DNA from: Azolla caroliniana
Taxonomy: Eukaryota; Plantae; Polypodiophyta
Length of the DNA stretch: 64,000 nt
NCBI GenBank assembly: GCA_043228905.1
Contig: JBHGNT010000030.1
Coordinates: 62,001-126,000 of the forward strand
Direction of reading: 5' to 3'
Every line of letters begins with the position of its first letter. Within the stretch, counting starts at the first letter, position 1. Position numbers and translations under genes: made by a program. Under the pieces are notes generated by a model. That model was not told the origin of the DNA, did not search any database, and saw only the letters and a list, made by a program, of their open reading frames with translations. Shown piece after piece: positions 61,801 to 64,000 of the stretch.

Positions 61801-62708
61801 AAAACGGCCGAAAGGCTTATTGAAGTCCGAAGGGTAATATTTTCCGAAGTGCCAACCCTTCGTGCCGGCCCAACCCACAACACGAGATTGGTTTCACGGG
61901 TAACTGACAACTTTCGCACCGAATCCACCGATTCGGCACAGCCGAATGGCTCGACTCCCTACCATCTGACATTGACACCCGGTGCGACTAGTCCAGTCAT
62001 ACCTCGGCAAAAGAAGCTTTATGGCTCGGTCGGCTGGCGCACACGTTTTGACAGGTCGACTCCGACTCGGCTCCAGTTGTCTACAACGATAGTCAGGGTG
62101 TTGTTGCCTTGTCAAAAAATCCGGTTCACCACAACACCTCTAAGCATATCGATGTTCGATATCACTTCGTTCAGGACTGCGTCATTTCAGGGAAAATCGG
62201 TCTCGAGAAGATATCCACAACCGATAATGTCGCAGATGGAATGACCAAGTGTCTCTCGACGGATCGTTTCCGGTCCCTTTGGCGCCAGATGGGCGTAACA
62301 AAAAATCGGTCCGATTAAAGTCAGACACACAACACAGGATGGTTTCGGACCACCGACATCGGTTCTTTGAGGATCGGCTTTAGCTCTTTCAACCCGACCG
62401 GTTCGGTCCTCTGTCTTCGGATCTTGCCGACTATGACAAAACCGATCTGTCCGATAAACCTTTTATATATATACCTATAATTCTTTAGATAACCCATGTA
62501 TACGCCCATTACGAGGGAGTGTCGAATACGAGTGTATAATGGCCGTATTCACATTGTCCCTTTGGACATCCCAAGTTTGGGTCATTTCTGTAAATAGCAT
62601 AAAGGGCAGTTGCCCTAGGATAGTCACTATATAAAGTAACCTTGTAACCTTTAGTAAAGTTTGGTTGTTATTTTTGTAACTGTTGCTATTGAAATATAAT
62701 TTATACGT

Positions 62709-62747
<39 letters not shown>

Positions 62748-62840
62748 CTCCCTCTGTGTGTATCTTGCTCGTGCATACACAAGATCTTTTTCATCACGAA
62801 TGTTGCTTGCACTTCCACATTGATGGCCTTGTCCCCAATA
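58836..62840 (+). mobile_element. Ty1/copia element with gag, PR, INT and the RNase H tail but no RT
   Basis: LTRs 58836-59142 and 62520-62840, TSD CTATG, PBS TGGTATCAGAGC at 59145, PPT GAGGGAG at 62513. CNYCKKLGHIKADC, LVHSDICGP, LRTDNGGEF, HNTSKHIDVRYHF. Confidence 0.95.
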
Positions 62841-62876
62841 CTATGGTCTTTACCAATAGGGCATTGGGCCACCCGG

Positions 62877-64000
62877 TGTCGTGGAGAAAACCGTCCCTAG
62901 GCGGAAACCGGGTATAACGTGCGTAAATCGGCCCTTACACGTGGGCACAAGTTTTGTTGTATAGTACGTAGATAGGTACAAGTTGGCTGAGGTGAAATCC
63001 TGGGTAGCACTCATTCATTAGGGGAGAAGATCGAGGTGTATCCCTGTCCGAAAGGACAGGGAATAAACATGATGTAACGGGTGGTAACGGCCTCCCTCCT
63101 TGAGCTATAAAAGCGAGGGAGAGGTATTGTAAAAGGATCGCGTTTTGTGGAGGACGAAGTGTTGCCGGACTAGAACCGAGCTCTTCTCCTCTGTCTTCTC
63201 CATAGTCGTTCTATGCAGGTTTTCGGGAGGCTGACTCTGCTCTGCGGAACGCCCGAGTGCTTCTGGTAGAGTCTCCATCTCGCGTTCTGTGTGTGTGTGT
63301 GTGTGTGCATGCGTCAGAGCCTATCACTCGCCGACTTGCCGGTTATAACTTCTTGATTTGTATATACATATACATTCGTTCTGTCTCCATTATTTAGAGT
63401 TAGTTGCAACTCCTGTGAATCTGTGTGTCTGTGCGCGTGTGAAGTACATCGGTAGTTTCCCTCCCCTCTTCTTATTTGGTTATTTCTCGGTCCAAGGCCC
63501 TCGTGGTCCGGCCTCGTTCTCCACGCACGCGTGTAACAACGCGACATATTTGGTGAACCCGACATGAACAGGTGACAGAGGAATAGAAAGATGAGAGGGT
63601 CGGATCTTGCAGAAGCCATGACTTCGGTTGTGGATCGGATAGTGAGTGCGCGCGAAGGCATAGGCGCCCTCGATAGGGCTATTGAAGCAATCGTCGACAC
63701 AATAGGCCGGTTCGGTGGGAAGGACGCCACGAGCTATCCGGAGGCTTACCAATCCGAAATGGTGATGAGGGACATCCCGGAGGACAGGCGACTGGCCGGA
63801 TTCCCTCGGGTGGCGATGCCGGGCATCCACGCGGAGGTGCTTGAAGTACAGGCTGAGAGTCGGACCTGGGAAGAGTTTGAAGGTCGGCTCCTTGAAAAAT
63901 ACAGGTTTGATGACGCGCTTCGACTATCGAAGCGGGACTTCATGGAATGGGTGGAGACCCCCGAAAAGGGGAGAAACGCGTCAGTGCTCCTTCGGGAGTT
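62877..64000 (+). mobile_element. Ty3/gypsy 5' LTR, PBS and start of gag (runs off the window)
   Basis: LTR TGTCG...CGACA 62877-63546 resembles 52287-52938; PBS TGGTGAACCCGACATGAA at 63551-63568; open gag-like frame from ATG 63591 (GRFGGKDATSY, TWEEFEGRLLEKY) to the window end. Confidence 0.88.

Overview
Eukaryotic nuclear DNA from a land plant (a fern or other non-seed plant is my inference from the TE types and protein divergence). The first ~24 kb holds two convergent multi-exon genes: the 3' half of the kinesin-like calmodulin-binding protein KCBP (+, to 5163) and a PP4 regulatory subunit 3 (PSY2L/SMEK) gene (-, about 20.3 kb down to 8996, with a probable leader exon near 23.2-23.6 kb). 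The remaining ~40 kb is a nested transposon field. It contains several L1-type and RTE/RTEX-like LINE pieces, two RT-less Ty1/copia elements with LTR pairs and TSDs, two related Ty3/gypsy copies, solo LTRs, a Mutator-type MITE and a decayed psbD plastid fragment; a small TRIM-like LTR element lies between the two genes. The most notable signals are: (1) a gypsy family with a classical -1 frameshift cassette (G_GAT_TTT, 6-nt spacer, predicted pseudoknot) placed between protease and RT, and a tRNA-Trp primer site in a related copy; (2) a shared ACTAA...T-tract-GG-polyA 3' signature on seven non-LTR retroelement ends; (3) a triplicated 3' splice site in KCBP; (4) a candidate 15-nt microexon and a GC-AG intron in PP4R3. 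All exon and TE boundaries were read by eye, and homology calls rest on recalled motifs, not database searches.
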